64,000 nucleotides of DNA. Origin: Candidatus Oxydemutator sp. Its GTDB lineage: Bacteria > Pseudomonadota > Gammaproteobacteria > Poriferisulfidales > Oxydemutatoraceae. The notes beneath the pieces were generated by a model. The model ran no database searches. It saw nothing but the letters and a program-made list of their open reading frames with translations, and had not been told where the DNA came from. Both the position numbers and the translations under genes were made by a program. Shown here piece after piece: positions 37,634 to 51,142 of this stretch; the first letter of the stretch is position 1; each line of letters opens with the position of its first letter. The stretch covers positions 1,792,001 to 1,856,000 of the forward strand of contig OZ241883.1 of assembly GCA_965203445.1 (NCBI GenBank), in the 5' to 3' direction.

Positions 37634-38365
37634 CTACTGCTCCCGTGACGCGGAAACTTGTGCGGAGTTTATCTCGACCAATTCCGGTTGCCGACGCAGC
37701 AAGTCCAGGACATCCTCCATCGTGAAACGGGGATTGTTCGGGTACAGGGCTTCATAGACTTGCTCAACGAAGGAGAAGTCGTCCGCCGTGTCCACGGTCC
37801 AGCGCAGGCCGGAATAATCCGTGGGCGAAACGAGGTGTCCGTGGCGAAAGCGTTCAGGATGGCGTTTGATGAAAGGGGTGACGTGCTCGCGCTCATCGGG
37901 TAATCGTGCTTCCCGCCAAGCCGTCGCCAGCGTCTCAAACCGCATGACTTCTACGTCCAGTCCGTTCGGCCAACCGGATTCGATATTGGCCGAAGTGTAG
38001 TCGTGTCCTTCCTTCAAATGTTTTTCTATGGTGGCGTTTATAACTCGGGGTTCGATTACCGGGCAATCGGCGGTCATCCGCACGACGTGTTGAGGATCGT
38101 ATTGCCTGGCCGCCTGATAATAGCGATCCAACACGTCTTCCAAGCTGCCTCGAAAGCAGTCGAGGCGTAAGGATGAGCACAGGCGTACAATCTCATCGTC
38201 TGAGGATTGGTCGCTGGTGGCCACCACGAGTTTGCCGATGTTCCCGGCGCGCTGCATGCGCTCCAGCTGCAATTCCAGCATTGGTCTGCCTGCCATTTTT
38301 TTCATCACTTTGCCCGGCAACCGAGACGAAGTGGTACGGGCTTGAAGAAGCGTCAGTACGTTCAT
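37634..38365 (-). CDS. SpsF/PseF-like cytidylyltransferase
   Basis: QARTTSSRLPGKV, FRGSLEDVLDRY, VRMTADCP, REHVTP, RWTVDT..D. Confidence 0.88.
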   Translation of the reverse strand: MNVLTLLQARTTSSRLPGKVMKKMAGRPMLELQLERMQRAGNIGKLVVATSDQSSDDEIVRLCSSLRLDCFRGSLEDVLDRYYQAARQYDPQHVVRMTADCPVIEPRVINATIEKHLKEGHDYTSANIESGWPNGLDVEVMRFETLATAWREARLPDEREHVTPFIKRHPERFRHGHLVSPTDYSGLRWTVDTADDFSFVEQVYEALYPNNPRFTMEDVLDLLRRQPELVEINSAQVSASREQ

Positions 38366-39654
38366 CGCCGTACCTGAAACAGAGGCTGGAGCGGTTCGGA
38401 CAGCAACATCGCCGGCAAACGCCGTTCGACGATTGCATCGCGTATCAGCGGCAGTGTCTCGTCGTATGCCTGCAACAATACGGCTATGTCCTCTTCGTTG
38501 TGTGCGTAGCTGAGATTATGGGTGCCCAGCGTCAGAATGCCGCGGGCACAGAGTTCCTGCATCAGAAGAGTGCGGATGTCCCAGGATGTATAGTCTTCGG
38601 TGTTCGCTATGTTGAGGCTGATCTGCGCCGGGTATCCGCCGCAGCTGAAAATTTCTTCCACTTGGTGTTTGCGCAGCAGAGTCTTCAATTCTTTTTCCAA
38701 TGTTTTGCCGCGTCGCCACAGTGTATCGGGTACTTTGTCGCGGCGGATTTTTTCAAGCACGGCTTTCGCCGCCGCCAGCGACAAAGTCTCGCCGCCGAAC
38801 GTTCCGGAAAAGAAAATTTTCTCCATCCATTGCATGACGTCTGTTTTGCCAACGACGGCGGAAATCGGGAAACCGTTGCCCATGCCTTTGCCGAGCGTCG
38901 CCAGATCCGGGGTCACGCCGAAAAATTCCTGCGCCCCGCCCGCGGCCATACGAAACCCTGTGACTATTTCGTCAAAAATCAGAACGCTCCCCCGTGCGTG
39001 CGCCATCTTTTGCACTTCGTCAAGAAAGCCCGGCCGCGGAAAGGCCGAGGACATCGGCTCCAGTATCACGGCTGCGATCCGGCCGGGGCAGGCGTCGAAA
39101 ACGCGCGCAAGCGAATCCACGTCGTTGTATGCGAAAGTGTGGGTCAGCGCACGTACGTCGCGTGGCACGCCCAGGTGGCGCTCGGTGGAACCTATATACC
39201 AATCGTGCCAGCCGTGATAGCCGCATACCGCGACGTGGTCGCGTCCGGTGAAGGCTCGTGCAAGGCGCACCGCGGCCGCGGTGGCGTCGCTTCCGTTTTT
39301 TCCGAAACGCACCATCTCGGCGCAGGGAATCATTTCTACCAGCGCCTCGGCTACTTCCATTTCCAGCTTGTGCGGCAGCGTGAAAGTAACTCCGTTACGC
39401 AACTGTCCGAGTACTGCCTCCGTTACGTCCGCGTCGTTGTAGCCGAGCAATACCGACCCTAAGCCGCCGACAAAGTCAATGTATTCATTGCCGTCAACGT
39501 CCCATACCCGGCCGCCTTCGCCACGCTCGACAAACAGAGGCGAAGCGCCTTCGGGATAAAAAATTATGCTTTTGCTGAAAGTTTGCGATGCCAGCGGGAT
39601 CGAGCGCAGGGCGCGTTGCAGCAGCAGCGCAGAATTCTGGTAACGTTTCAGCAT
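38362..39654 (-). CDS. Class III PLP aminotransferase (GSA-aminomutase-like, sugar cluster type)
   Basis: SQTFSKS, WDVDGNEYIDF, FGKNGSDAT, GYHGWHDW, FDEIVTGFR, TLGKGMGNG. Confidence 0.9.
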   Translation of the reverse strand: MLKRYQNSALLLQRALRSIPLASQTFSKSIIFYPEGASPLFVERGEGGRVWDVDGNEYIDFVGGLGSVLLGYNDADVTEAVLGQLRNGVTFTLPHKLEMEVAEALVEMIPCAEMVRFGKNGSDATAAAVRLARAFTGRDHVAVCGYHGWHDWYIGSTERHLGVPRDVRALTHTFAYNDVDSLARVFDACPGRIAAVILEPMSSAFPRPGFLDEVQKMAHARGSVLIFDEIVTGFRMAAGGAQEFFGVTPDLATLGKGMGNGFPISAVVGKTDVMQWMEKIFFSGTFGGETLSLAAAKAVLEKIRRDKVPDTLWRRGKTLEKELKTLLRKHQVEEIFSCGGYPAQISLNIANTEDYTSWDIRTLLMQELCARGILTLGTHNLSYAHNEEDIAVLLQAYDETLPLIRDAIVERRLPAMLLSEPLQPLFQVRR

Positions 39655-39667
39655 CCGCCTCGCGCTC

Positions 39668-40573
39668 CTAAGAACGGGGCCACAACGAGGGATCGAGTAC
39701 GCCCGCGTCGTTGATGGCCAAGTGCCCCAGATCGGCGGTATTCGTCGGAAGCACGCGACAGGCCGCGACAATCTCCCGTAGATCCTCGACGCGGGCCGCG
39801 CCCACCACGGCGTAGTCAACTTCCCGTATGCTCAGCACAAAACCCAGCGTCGCCTGCAACGGGCTCAGTTCTCTTTCGCTGAGAAAGGCGTGGTAGTCGG
39901 AGAAAAGATTTTTGAAGCCGTTCACGCGGGGCGGGAAATCGTCGGTGGTCGTCAACAACAGTCCCTGCAAAAAGACGCTGCGTGCGTGAATCTCGATGTT
40001 TTTTTCGCGCAGCGCCGCGAGATGGCCGCTGCGGAGCAGGCGTTGGTCGACAATGCTGAGGGGAAGTTGAATCAGGTCAATATCGAAAGTATTCGTAATC
40101 TTCTCGATTTCTTCCGCACTGTACACTGAAACGCCGATTTTTTGGACTTTGCCGGCAGCGCGCAAACGATTCATTTCCGAGTATATCGCGCGGGCTTTTT
40201 CGGCGGCCAGCAGGTCTTGCGCGCGATGTGCGAGCAGGGCGTAGATTTTTTTGCGACGCAGGCGTCGTAGAGATTCGGCGAAGGACGTCCGTACGTGGGC
40301 GGCCGCCTGTTTTTCCGTGACAGGCCGGGGCAATGGAGGGATCTTGGTTATGATGCCGCCGCAATCACGGGACAACCATCTGCCGAGGCGTCGTTCCGCT
40401 TCGCCGCCGCCGTAGTCATGGGCGGTGTCGAAGATCCTGATTCCGTTGGCTTGCGCGTAGCGCACAATGTTATTTGCCTCGACGGTGTTCGGCATACCGG
40501 CGGTATTGGTGATGCCGTAATGCATTCCCAGTTGTGCCGTGCCAAGTCCGAGGCGGCGGCAGGGGTTGGTCAT
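39668..40573 (-). CDS. Aldo/keto reductase
   Basis: LGLGTAQLG..YG, DTA..YG, KIGVSVY, IHARSVFLQG. Confidence 0.9.
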   Translation of the reverse strand: MTNPCRRLGLGTAQLGMHYGITNTAGMPNTVEANNIVRYAQANGIRIFDTAHDYGGGEAERRLGRWLSRDCGGIITKIPPLPRPVTEKQAAAHVRTSFAESLRRLRRKKIYALLAHRAQDLLAAEKARAIYSEMNRLRAAGKVQKIGVSVYSAEEIEKITNTFDIDLIQLPLSIVDQRLLRSGHLAALREKNIEIHARSVFLQGLLLTTTDDFPPRVNGFKNLFSDYHAFLSERELSPLQATLGFVLSIREVDYAVVGAARVEDLREIVAACRVLPTNTADLGHLAINDAGVLDPSLWPRS

Positions 40574-40671
40574 TGTCCGCCGGCCTCAAGTGCATGCAAA
40601 GCACCGGACGACGTGTGCTTCTGGCAGCCCACGAATTCTTTTCGACGGTTCAGATGAAACGTTCGATGGGT

Positions 40672-41238
40672 TTAACTTCCGTGGTACAGCCCGAGGTACT
40701 CGCTTCTCGTGATACCCATCCTGACCACGTCCTTATATGCGCCATTGTGGAAGATCTGCTCCCGCAACGTGCCTTCTATCCGCAGGCCGACTTTTTCATG
40801 CAGTTTTATGGAGGCGACGTTATCCACCGAGGCGCCCGCGGTTACTTTGTTGAGGTTCAACACCATAAATGCGTAATGCAACGTCAATCGTGTTATTTCC
40901 TGGCCGTGTCCTTTTCCATGAAAGCTTTTGTCTCCTATCATCAGTCCGTACTCGGCGGTTCTGTTGACCCAATCAATAGGCCCGAGTTTCACGTTCCCGA
41001 TATATCCGCCCGATTTTTTCTCCATGACTCCGAAAAACACGTGGTTATGGCTTTCATTGATTGATCTGACGTATTCGGTCAAGCAGGTTCTGGTCTTAGG
41101 GAATTGCCCCGTTTGCAGATGGTCTATAACGGCCCGATCATTAATCCACCTGAGGTAACGGTCATCTATCTCCTCGTCGAGGGGAACGAAATAGATGTTT
41201 TCATTTTCAAGAAATGGTTGGAATTCTTCCGGTTTCAT
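40672..41238 (-). CDS. GNAT (RimJ/RimL-type) acetyltransferase
   Basis: YIGNVKLGPIDWVNRTAEYG.MIG...GKG.G, N.ASIKLHEKVG...EG.LR. Confidence 0.88.
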   Translation of the reverse strand: MKPEEFQPFLENENIYFVPLDEEIDDRYLRWINDRAVIDHLQTGQFPKTRTCLTEYVRSINESHNHVFFGVMEKKSGGYIGNVKLGPIDWVNRTAEYGLMIGDKSFHGKGHGQEITRLTLHYAFMVLNLNKVTAGASVDNVASIKLHEKVGLRIEGTLREQIFHNGAYKDVVRMGITRSEYLGLYHGS

Positions 41239-41254
41239 CGCCGTTTCCTCTGTT

Positions 41255-43527
<2,273 letters not shown>

Positions 43528-43542
43528 CTACAATACAACGAC

Positions 43543-44229
43543 ATGGTAGAGGATATTCCCCAACACAGCGTCGTTCAGTTCGAGAAGGAAATCGAGGAGC
43601 TCAAAAACCTCGTGCTGCAAATGGGCGGCGCCGTCGAGCAGCGCCTGTCCAAGGTATTGACGGGCTTGATCGAGGGCGACGGCGCGCTGCTTCGCTGGGT
43701 CGCCGATTCCGACCGCGAGATCAACGTTCTCGAGCTGAATGTGGACGAGAAGTGCATCGGCATCCTGGCGCGTCGCCAGCCGGTGGCGCGCGATCTGCGC
43801 TTGGTCATCTCGATAGTGAAGATCATCACCGACCTCGAACGCATCGGCGACGAATGCGAGAACATCGCCAACCGCATGAAGGAATCCGATCTCGATTCGA
43901 TTCCGAGGGGCATATCGAGAACGGTAAGACACCTGGGGCAGAACGTCGTCGACATGCTGCACGTCGTGATGGACGCCTTCGCGCGTGTCGACTCCGGCCT
44001 GTCGCGCAAGGTGTTCGCGCGCGACAAGGAAGTGGACGAGGAATACACCTCGGTGCTGCGTCAGTTGATGACCTACGTGATGGAGGAGCCGCGCTACCTG
44101 CACCACGTGATGAACATCATATCGTGCGCGCGCTCGTTTGAGCGCATCGGCGATCACGTCAAAAACATCGGTGAATACACGATCTTCATGGTCGAGGCGC
44201 GCGACGTGCGCCACCGAAAGAGCCAGTAG
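43543..44229 (+). CDS. phoU: Phosphate signalling regulator PhoU
   Basis: QPVARDLR, DLERIGD and ERIGDH repeats. Confidence 0.93.
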   Translation: MVEDIPQHSVVQFEKEIEELKNLVLQMGGAVEQRLSKVLTGLIEGDGALLRWVADSDREINVLELNVDEKCIGILARRQPVARDLRLVISIVKIITDLERIGDECENIANRMKESDLDSIPRGISRTVRHLGQNVVDMLHVVMDAFARVDSGLSRKVFARDKEVDEEYTSVLRQLMTYVMEEPRYLHHVMNIISCARSFERIGDHVKNIGEYTIFMVEARDVRHRKSQ

Positions 44230-44234
44230 GCCCA

Positions 44235-44255
44235 TCCTCTCCTAGGGGGAGAGGA
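44235..44255. repeat. Degenerate palindromic REP/BoxC-like hairpin between convergent phoU and argF
   Basis: TCCTCTCC-TAGGG-GGAGAGGA hairpin followed by GTGAGGGCCGTT, as in the 59 kb copy. Confidence 0.55.
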
Positions 44256-44357
44256 TTGCATTACAGGCCTGCGGGCGCTTTTTCCCAGAGAGGCGGGTGT
44301 GAGGGCCGTTCCGGCCTTGTACACCAGTAAGGGAACGCCCCCACGGCGTTCCCGACT

Positions 44358-45269
44358 TCAGGCGTCGTCGCCGATCAGTGTTTCGAGCAGTGCTTTTTGT
44401 GCGTGCAGGCGGTTTTCGGCCTCCTCCCAGACGACGCTTTGCGGCCCTTCCAGAACTTCGGCGGTAACTTCCTCGCCGCGATGCGCCGGCAGGCAGTGCA
44501 TGAACAATGCGTCGTTGGCGGCGAGCTTCATCAGCGCCGCGTCCACCTGGTAACCCTGAAAGCTTTGCCGTCGCCGTTCGCGCTCTTCTTCCTGTCCCAT
44601 GCTGCTCCAGACGTCGGTTGCGACGAGGTCGGCGTTTTCGGCCGCTTCTTTCGGGGAGTCGGTCACACGCACGGCGGCACCGGCGGCGTCCAGTACGTCT
44701 TTGTCCGGCTCGAAGTCGCGTGGGCACGCGACGTTGAGCCGGAAACCGAATTGCGTCGCGGCGTTGATCCAGGAGTGGCACACGTTGTTGCCGTCGCCGA
44801 TCCAGGCCGCCAGGCGCCCGGCGACGGCGCCGCGTTTCTCGCGCCAGGTCAGCACGTCGGCCAGCAGCTGGCACGGGTGAAAGCGATCGGTCAGGCCGTT
44901 GATAACCGGCACCGCCGAGGCCGCGGCGAACGCGGTTATGCGCTCGTGGCCGAAGGTGCGGATCATGACCGCGTCCACCATCCGCGACAGCACGCGGGCG
45001 CCGTCCTCGAGCGGTTCGCCGCGCCCGATCTGGCTGTCGCGGCTCGCCAGGAAAATCGCGTGACCGCCGAGCTGGGCCATCGCCGTCTCGAACGAAACGC
45101 GCGTGCGCGTCGAGGATTTCTCGAAGATCATCGCCAGCGTCCTGTTGCGTAGCGGTTGCCCGGCGTCACCGCGTTTCATTTCTATCGCGCGTTCGATCAG
45201 CGCGCTCAGCTCCGCGCGGCTGAAGTCGTTCAGCGTCAGGAAGTGGCGGGGGGCGGGGGCTGTCGTCAT
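44358..45269 (-). CDS. argF: Ornithine carbamoyltransferase
   Basis: [29 protein letters not shown]. Confidence 0.96.
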   Translation of the reverse strand: MTTAPAPRHFLTLNDFSRAELSALIERAIEMKRGDAGQPLRNRTLAMIFEKSSTRTRVSFETAMAQLGGHAIFLASRDSQIGRGEPLEDGARVLSRMVDAVMIRTFGHERITAFAAASAVPVINGLTDRFHPCQLLADVLTWREKRGAVAGRLAAWIGDGNNVCHSWINAATQFGFRLNVACPRDFEPDKDVLDAAGAAVRVTDSPKEAAENADLVATDVWSSMGQEEERERRRQSFQGYQVDAALMKLAANDALFMHCLPAHRGEEVTAEVLEGPQSVVWEEAENRLHAQKALLETLIGDDA

Positions 45270-45286
45270 CGGGCGATTTTCCGCGG

Positions 45287-46471
45287 CTAGGCCTCGAACG
45301 CCCTGACCGCCGCCGCGAGGCGCTCGCTCAGATCGTCGGCCCGTTCCGCCTCTAATATAAGCGGCGGCATCAACCGGATTACGTTTTCTGCGGCGACGTT
45401 GATCAGGAGCCCTTGTTCCAGTGCGGTCTGCGCCAGGGATTTGCATGGCCGCTCGAGTTCGACGCCGATCAGCAGGCCGCGGCCGCGGATGTCCCGCACC
45501 GCGGAAACTCCGGTCAGCGCGGTGCGCAGGCTCTCGATCAAGCGTTCGCCGACGCGCTTGGCTCGCTCGTAAAGTTTTTCCCGTTGCATGGTCTCGATGA
45601 CCGCGAGCGCCGCGGCGCACGCCAGCGGATTGCCGCCGAAGGTCGAGCCGTGGGAGCCGGGCGTCAGGTGTCGCGCCGTTTCGCGCCGCGCGAGGCAGGC
45701 GCCGATCGGCACGCCGTTGCCGAGCGCCTTGGCCGTGGTCAGCAGGTCGGGCGCGATGCGCTCGTGCTCGAAACAATACCAAGCGCCGGTGCGACACAGG
45801 CCGGTCTGCACTTCGTCGAGTATCAGCAGCAGGCCGCGCTTGTCGCACAGTTCGCGCGTGGCTCGGAGGTAGCCGTCGGCGGGGACGCGCACGCCGTTCT
45901 CGCCCTGGATGGGTTCCAGCAGAACCGCGCACAGTGCGGGTGTCTTGTCGGCGAGTTTTTCGAGCGCGGCGGCGTCGCCGAACGGCACCTGGACAAAACC
46001 GGGCGCGCGCGGCGGCGGCGTATGGGGATTCTCGCCGAGCGGGTCGGTCGCGCTCCACGCGCCCAGGGTGCGTCCGTGGAAAGCGCCTTGCGCGACCGCG
46101 ATCAGCGGGTGGTCGTTGCCGCGCGCGCGCGCGGCGAGGCGCGCGATTTTGATCGCGGCCTCGACGGCCTCGGCGCCGGAGTTGCAGAAAAACGCGGCGT
46201 CGAGGCCGCTGATGCGGGCCAGCCGCGCGCCGAGTTCCTCCTGTGCCGCGACGCGGTAAAGGTTGGAGGTGTGCGTAACGCGCCGTGCCTGTTCGCACAC
46301 GGCCTCGGTCACCAGGGGGTGTGCGTGGCCGAGACCGCAGACCGCGATGCCGGCGGTGGCGTCGAGGTAGCGTCTGCCGTTTTCGTCCCACAGCCAGACG
46401 CCTTCGCCGCGCGTGAAGGCGATTGGCAGGCGCGCGTAGTTTTGTATCAGGCTGGCACCGGGGCCGTTCAT
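45287..46471 (-). CDS. argD: Acetylornithine aminotransferase
   Basis: [45 protein letters not shown]; upstream of argF. Confidence 0.93.
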   Translation of the reverse strand: MNGPGASLIQNYARLPIAFTRGEGVWLWDENGRRYLDATAGIAVCGLGHAHPLVTEAVCEQARRVTHTSNLYRVAAQEELGARLARISGLDAAFFCNSGAEAVEAAIKIARLAARARGNDHPLIAVAQGAFHGRTLGAWSATDPLGENPHTPPPRAPGFVQVPFGDAAALEKLADKTPALCAVLLEPIQGENGVRVPADGYLRATRELCDKRGLLLILDEVQTGLCRTGAWYCFEHERIAPDLLTTAKALGNGVPIGACLARRETARHLTPGSHGSTFGGNPLACAAALAVIETMQREKLYERAKRVGERLIESLRTALTGVSAVRDIRGRGLLIGVELERPCKSLAQTALEQGLLINVAAENVIRLMPPLILEAERADDLSERLAAAVRAFEA

Positions 46472-48166
46472 TCAGACGAGGCCAAGTTCCTTGAGCTTGC
46501 CGCAGATCGAATTCACCAGTTCCTGCGGGGCCGCGGTCGCAGTGTCCACCGTGATCTCGGGATCGGTCGGTACCTCGTAGGGGTCGGTGACTCCGGTGAA
46601 GTGTTCGATCAGGCCGCGCCGCGCCATCGAATAAAAGCCTTTTACGTCGCGCGCCTCGCAGACTTCAATCGGCGTATTGACGTAGACCTCGACGTAGGCG
46701 CCGTAGCGCGAGATCAACCCGCGATTGACGCGACGGTCGGCCTCGTAGGGTGCGATCGGCGCGCAGATCGCGATGCCGCCGTTTTTTGTGATCTCGTTTG
46801 CGACGAAGCCGATGCGCCGGATGTTCAGCGAACGGTGCTCCTTCGAGAAACCCAGTTCGCTGGACAAGTTGGCGCGCACGACGTCGCCGTCCAGCAGCGT
46901 CACCCATCGCTTGCCGTGCTCCAGCTCCAGCAGCCTGGTCATCAGCAATTTGGCGAGCGTCGTTTTGCCGGCGCCGGAAAGGCCCGTGAAGAACACCGTG
47001 AAGCCGCGGTTTTTCATCGGAGGGTAGGTGCGGCGCAGGATCCTGGCGACGGCCGGCGGCGTGAACCACTCGGGCAGCTTCTCGCCCTTGTCCAGCATCT
47101 CGCGCATTTTGGTGCCGGAGATTTTCAGCACGTCCGCGCGGGTTTCGGCGTCCGTTTCGGTCGTGATGACGTATTTGCGCTTGCGGGCGTCGTACGCGAT
47201 TTCCTTGAACGGCACCGGTTGAATGCCGATCTCGTCGGCGTGGCGGGTGAACAATTCCTGCGCCTCAAACGGTTCGTAGAACGCCTCGCCGCGTTTGCCT
47301 TTGCTTGGGCCCGCGTGGTCGCGGCCGACGATGAAGTGGGTACAGCCGTAGTTTTTGCGAATCAGCCCGTGCCACAGCGCCTCGCGCGGACCGGCCATGC
47401 GCATCGCCAGCGGCAGCAGCGATATCGCGACGCGCTCCCGGGGGTATTCGCCCAACACCGCGCGGTAGCAGTGCAGGCGGGTGTGGTAGTCAACGTCGTT
47501 TGCCTGGGTGATGCCGGCCACCGGGTGGATCAACAGCCCGGCGTCGGCGTCGCGCATCGCACGCTTCGTCAACTCGACGTGCGCCCAGTGCATCGGATTG
47601 CGCGTCTGGAAAGCGACGACCCGATCCCACCCTTTTTTCTTGAACAGTCGTTTGAGCTGCGCCGGCGTGTGCCGGTATTGCGGGTAGCCCACGTGGTGTG
47701 GCTGGCCCACGTTTTGTATCGTGCCGCCGAGATACGTCGGGTGGCCGTCGTGCAGCAAATGGTGCACGCCGGGGTGCGACTCGTCGAGCGTTCCGTATAC
47801 CGCCTCCGCCTCGCGCCGCAAATCGGGTCTCCAGATATCCTCGACGGTCATGACCGCCAGCACTATGCTTTCCTCGTCGCGCAACGTGATCCTGTCGCCC
47901 GGCGTCAGCGTTTCGGCGAACTTCGGCGTTACGTCGAGCGTGATCGGTATCGGCCACAGGCCGCCGTCGGTCAGGCGCATATCGGACACGACGCTTCGGT
48001 AATCGCTCTCGCAAAGAAAACCGGTCAGCGGCGCGAACGCGCCGTTCATCAGCAATTCGACGTCGCACTGCTGGCGCAGCGTCATTTTCCACGGCGGCAG
48101 GTGCAGGACTTCGCGTAGCGTCGCGGCGTCCCGGTCGGCGACGGGCAGGGGAGTATGGTCTGGCAT
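46472..48166 (-). CDS. sat: Bifunctional sulfate adenylyltransferase / adenylyl-sulfate kinase
   Basis: [28 protein letters not shown], then [10 protein letters not shown] and LLDGD.VR. Confidence 0.95.
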   Translation of the reverse strand: MPDHTPLPVADRDAATLREVLHLPPWKMTLRQQCDVELLMNGAFAPLTGFLCESDYRSVVSDMRLTDGGLWPIPITLDVTPKFAETLTPGDRITLRDEESIVLAVMTVEDIWRPDLRREAEAVYGTLDESHPGVHHLLHDGHPTYLGGTIQNVGQPHHVGYPQYRHTPAQLKRLFKKKGWDRVVAFQTRNPMHWAHVELTKRAMRDADAGLLIHPVAGITQANDVDYHTRLHCYRAVLGEYPRERVAISLLPLAMRMAGPREALWHGLIRKNYGCTHFIVGRDHAGPSKGKRGEAFYEPFEAQELFTRHADEIGIQPVPFKEIAYDARKRKYVITTETDAETRADVLKISGTKMREMLDKGEKLPEWFTPPAVARILRRTYPPMKNRGFTVFFTGLSGAGKTTLAKLLMTRLLELEHGKRWVTLLDGDVVRANLSSELGFSKEHRSLNIRRIGFVANEITKNGGIAICAPIAPYEADRRVNRGLISRYGAYVEVYVNTPIEVCEARDVKGFYSMARRGLIEHFTGVTDPYEVPTDPEITVDTATAAPQELVNSICGKLKELGLV

Positions 48167-48236
48167 CGGGTGACGAGTTGCAAGACCGATCATTTTATCA
48201 TGCCGGCTGGCGATGGCGGGAGCATGGGAAATGGTG

Positions 48237-49704
48237 TGTAAAGCCAAAGCACAAATGTCCTATTCTTTCCAAAGCACAGATGTCCTATTGCTGGCAGGGC
48301 TTAGCGCTTTCAGGATCCCCCCGCCAGCGTCTCCACGGGTGATCCGGCGCCGGCTTACGGCCTGAACCGCAGCCCCGCCTGGCTACCACCTCATCCACCA
48401 CGGAAGGCAATCGTTTTGCGTCCACTGGCGCCGCCGGTGCCTCGCCCAGACGATATACCTTGTAGGGCAGTTCGCGCCCCTTGTAGAGCAATACGATCTC
48501 CCCGTCGCGGTGTTCGCACACCGTTACCCGCGCACCGCGCAAAGAGTAACTGGGCGATTTCACTTGCAGCAGGTATTGGCAGTTCTGGTATTGGCACCTC
48601 AGGTCCTTCGACAAAATCCTTTGGGACTGCTTGGACAATACCAGTTTCATCTCCCTCTCGTCCTGGAAGCATTCCCGGTGCGCGTCGTCGGCATCGGTGG
48701 GGGTTTGGGCAAACTGCTCGTTGAACACCTCGCGGTAGCCTTCGAGAAAGGAGTTGGCCTGTTCCATCGTCGAGATGTCCTTCAGCCGCAATTCCTTGAC
48801 CAGACGATCCTGCACGGTCTTGAACAAGCGTTCTATGCGTCCCTTTGCCTGCGGCGTATTCGCGCACATCGGCTCTATGTCCAGCTGCTTCATGGCCCTT
48901 GCAAACTGGGTGTCTTCGTGCAACCGATGCTTCTCCTGGGCGTTGACCCGAAAGATACTGTGGCGGTCGGAGTAAATAAATAGCGGCCTGCCGTAGCGCT
49001 CCAGGTGGCGGTGCATGCTCTCGAAGTAATCAAAGGTCGTCTCCGACTGGCAAAAACGCCATTCGGTTACCGCCGAAGTGGCGTCGTCTATGAACGCTAT
49101 CAGAGTGCAGGCAGCGGCGCGCTTCTCGAACCATTCGTGCGCGCTGCCATCTACCTGGATCAACTCCCCAAAGCGCCGGCACCGCGGGCGCGGCGGGTGC
49201 ACACGCGGCGCGTGGCGGCGGCGCTGCTTCCACAATCCATCCTTTATCATCCAGCCCCGCAACGTCTCGCTGCTGAAGCCCCGGGAAAACTCATGACTAT
49301 GGTGCTGGCACAGCTTCTCATGCGCAAAGGTAGGCCCAAAGTCGGCATAGTGCTCGCGTATCAACTCCAGCGCGCGACGGCGCACGCTCGCGGGCACGCG
49401 ATTGTTCGGCGGCACCGCGCGGCGCCTGGATATCAACGCCCGCACACCGCACTGCCTATACCCCCGCAGCAAACGCCGCAAGTGGCGCTCGCACACTCCC
49501 ATCTCTACAGCCGCTTGAGACTGTGTGATGCGCTTCGACGCGGCCTTCTCGAGCACCGACAAACGCTCTATTTCCTTGTGCGACATAGTCCACTTCTCCT
49601 GGTTCATGGCATCTCCCGCCCGCAAGGGCTGTGAAAATGCCGCATTGTGTCCGATTAGGACATCTGTGCTTTGGAGAATAGGACATTACTGCTTTGGGCT
49701 AACA
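48237..49704 (-). mobile_element. IS1202-family (ISNCY) insertion sequence with a 15-bp target duplication
   Basis: TGT...ACA ends, each end with two copies of CAAAGCAxxxATGTCCTA; flanked by direct repeat GCATGGGAAATGGTG (48222-48236 and 49705-49719). Confidence 0.93.
48285..49607 (-). CDS. IS1202/ISNCY DDE transposase
   Basis: YADFGPTFA.EKL, GELIQVDGS.H.W, IDDAT, YSDRHSIF, PQAKGRIER.F.T.QDRL, C-terminal KP.PDHPWR. Confidence 0.93.
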   Translation of the reverse strand: MNQEKWTMSHKEIERLSVLEKAASKRITQSQAAVEMGVCERHLRRLLRGYRQCGVRALISRRRAVPPNNRVPASVRRRALELIREHYADFGPTFAHEKLCQHHSHEFSRGFSSETLRGWMIKDGLWKQRRRHAPRVHPPRPRCRRFGELIQVDGSAHEWFEKRAAACTLIAFIDDATSAVTEWRFCQSETTFDYFESMHRHLERYGRPLFIYSDRHSIFRVNAQEKHRLHEDTQFARAMKQLDIEPMCANTPQAKGRIERLFKTVQDRLVKELRLKDISTMEQANSFLEGYREVFNEQFAQTPTDADDAHRECFQDEREMKLVLSKQSQRILSKDLRCQYQNCQYLLQVKSPSYSLRGARVTVCEHRDGEIVLLYKGRELPYKVYRLGEAPAAPVDAKRLPSVVDEVVARRGCGSGRKPAPDHPWRRWRGDPESAKPCQQ

Positions 49705-49738
49705 GCATGGGAAATGGTGTGGATGCTTCGCGCTTTGT

Positions 49739-50941
49739 TCACTGCTTCTTGCCGTACAGGAATTGTGCGACTCTTGCCGTTCTCTCCCATCCCTCGATGC
49801 GAACGCCGCGGCGAAGCCGCGTTTCCCTGCCGCCGTGGACGAGCCGCCCGGTGTTTGAAATTTTGCGCTGCTCGATCCAGAAATCGAGATGCCTGAATTT
49901 GCCGGCGTCGAGCGTCAGTCCCGACGTAATCTCCATGGGGATGAGGTCGCCGCCTCTGGCGACGACAAGATCAATCTCGCGCCCCGAATGATCGCGCCAG
50001 AAATAGAAGTCCGGCGACCGGCCGCGGTTGTACGCCGCTTTTGCAAGCTCGACGATCACCCAATTCTCGAACAGGGCGCCGCGCATCTTGTGGCGCGATA
50101 CGTCGTTCGGCGAACCGATGGAAAGCAGATTTGCCGCCAGGCCGGTGTCGTAAAAATAGATTTTGGGGGCTTTGATTTCACGCTTCCCGACGTTTGTATG
50201 GTACGGTTGGAGCAGAAAGACAATATAGGAAGTTTCGAGTACGGAAATCCACGAATTGGCGGTGTTGGGAGAAATGCCGACTTTGGCCGCGAGCGACGAA
50301 AAATTGACTATTCCGCCTATGCTATGAGCACACAAACGCAAAAACGTGCGAAACGCCCTCAGGTCCCGCAGCTTGGCGATTTGGCTTACGTAACGCTGAA
50401 CGTAGGTCCTGATGTAGTTTCGATACCAGACGGAAGGGTCAACTTTGCGGTCGTGAATCGGCGGATACAGGCCCGTGTACAGCACTTCATCGAGAGACGG
50501 CGGATTGTCGCCGTACGCCTCGTCGTAACTGAAGGGAAGCAAGTCCAGAATCGCCACACGTCCGGCGAGCGATTGGGTGATTTTTGAGATCAGTTGGAAG
50601 TTCCGCGATCCGGTCAGAATGAACCTGCCCATCTTGGGAGACTGGTCCAAAACTCCCTGCAAGTAAGAGAATAATTCGGGGCAACGCTGAACCTCGTCGA
50701 AGATCGCGCCGTCCGGGCATCCGGCGAGAAAGCTGCGCGGGTCGGAAAGCGCAAATTCCCTGTCGTCGGGATTTTCCATCGAAAAGTAGCGGAGATGGCC
50801 GAAGGCCTCGCGCACGAAGGTCGTCTTTCCGCTTTGACGCGGCCCTGTGACCACAACGGCGGGATGCTTGCTCGCCACCCGTTTTGCGGCCGCGGCGATA
50901 TGCCTGTTTATTATTTGGATACCCTCTCTGGCCCGGTTCAC
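49739..50941 (-). CDS. ATP-binding protein (AAA_14 + DUF4143)
   Basis: TGPRQSGKTT, FDEVQ, LTGS, SLAGR, KIYFYDTGL, GALFEN, FWRD..G.EIDL. Confidence 0.9.
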   Translation of the reverse strand: MNRAREGIQIINRHIAAAAKRVASKHPAVVVTGPRQSGKTTFVREAFGHLRYFSMENPDDREFALSDPRSFLAGCPDGAIFDEVQRCPELFSYLQGVLDQSPKMGRFILTGSRNFQLISKITQSLAGRVAILDLLPFSYDEAYGDNPPSLDEVLYTGLYPPIHDRKVDPSVWYRNYIRTYVQRYVSQIAKLRDLRAFRTFLRLCAHSIGGIVNFSSLAAKVGISPNTANSWISVLETSYIVFLLQPYHTNVGKREIKAPKIYFYDTGLAANLLSIGSPNDVSRHKMRGALFENWVIVELAKAAYNRGRSPDFYFWRDHSGREIDLVVARGGDLIPMEITSGLTLDAGKFRHLDFWIEQRKISNTGRLVHGGRETRLRRGVRIEGWERTARVAQFLYGKKQ

Positions 50942-51142
50942 GAAGAGTGTGATACGCCATGATAATTGTCAATAAGTTAGATGATATATCGCAGTATTAT
51001 CCATGATAACTCGCATTACACGGCGAGAGAAATAAGCATAAGTAGTTGTCTTTTCATAGTAATATATAGAATCTTACGTGTCTTCAGCAGAAGTAGAATG
51101 GTTTGAGAGGCGAGGGAAGTGTATTGGGCGGTAAAAGCCAGG

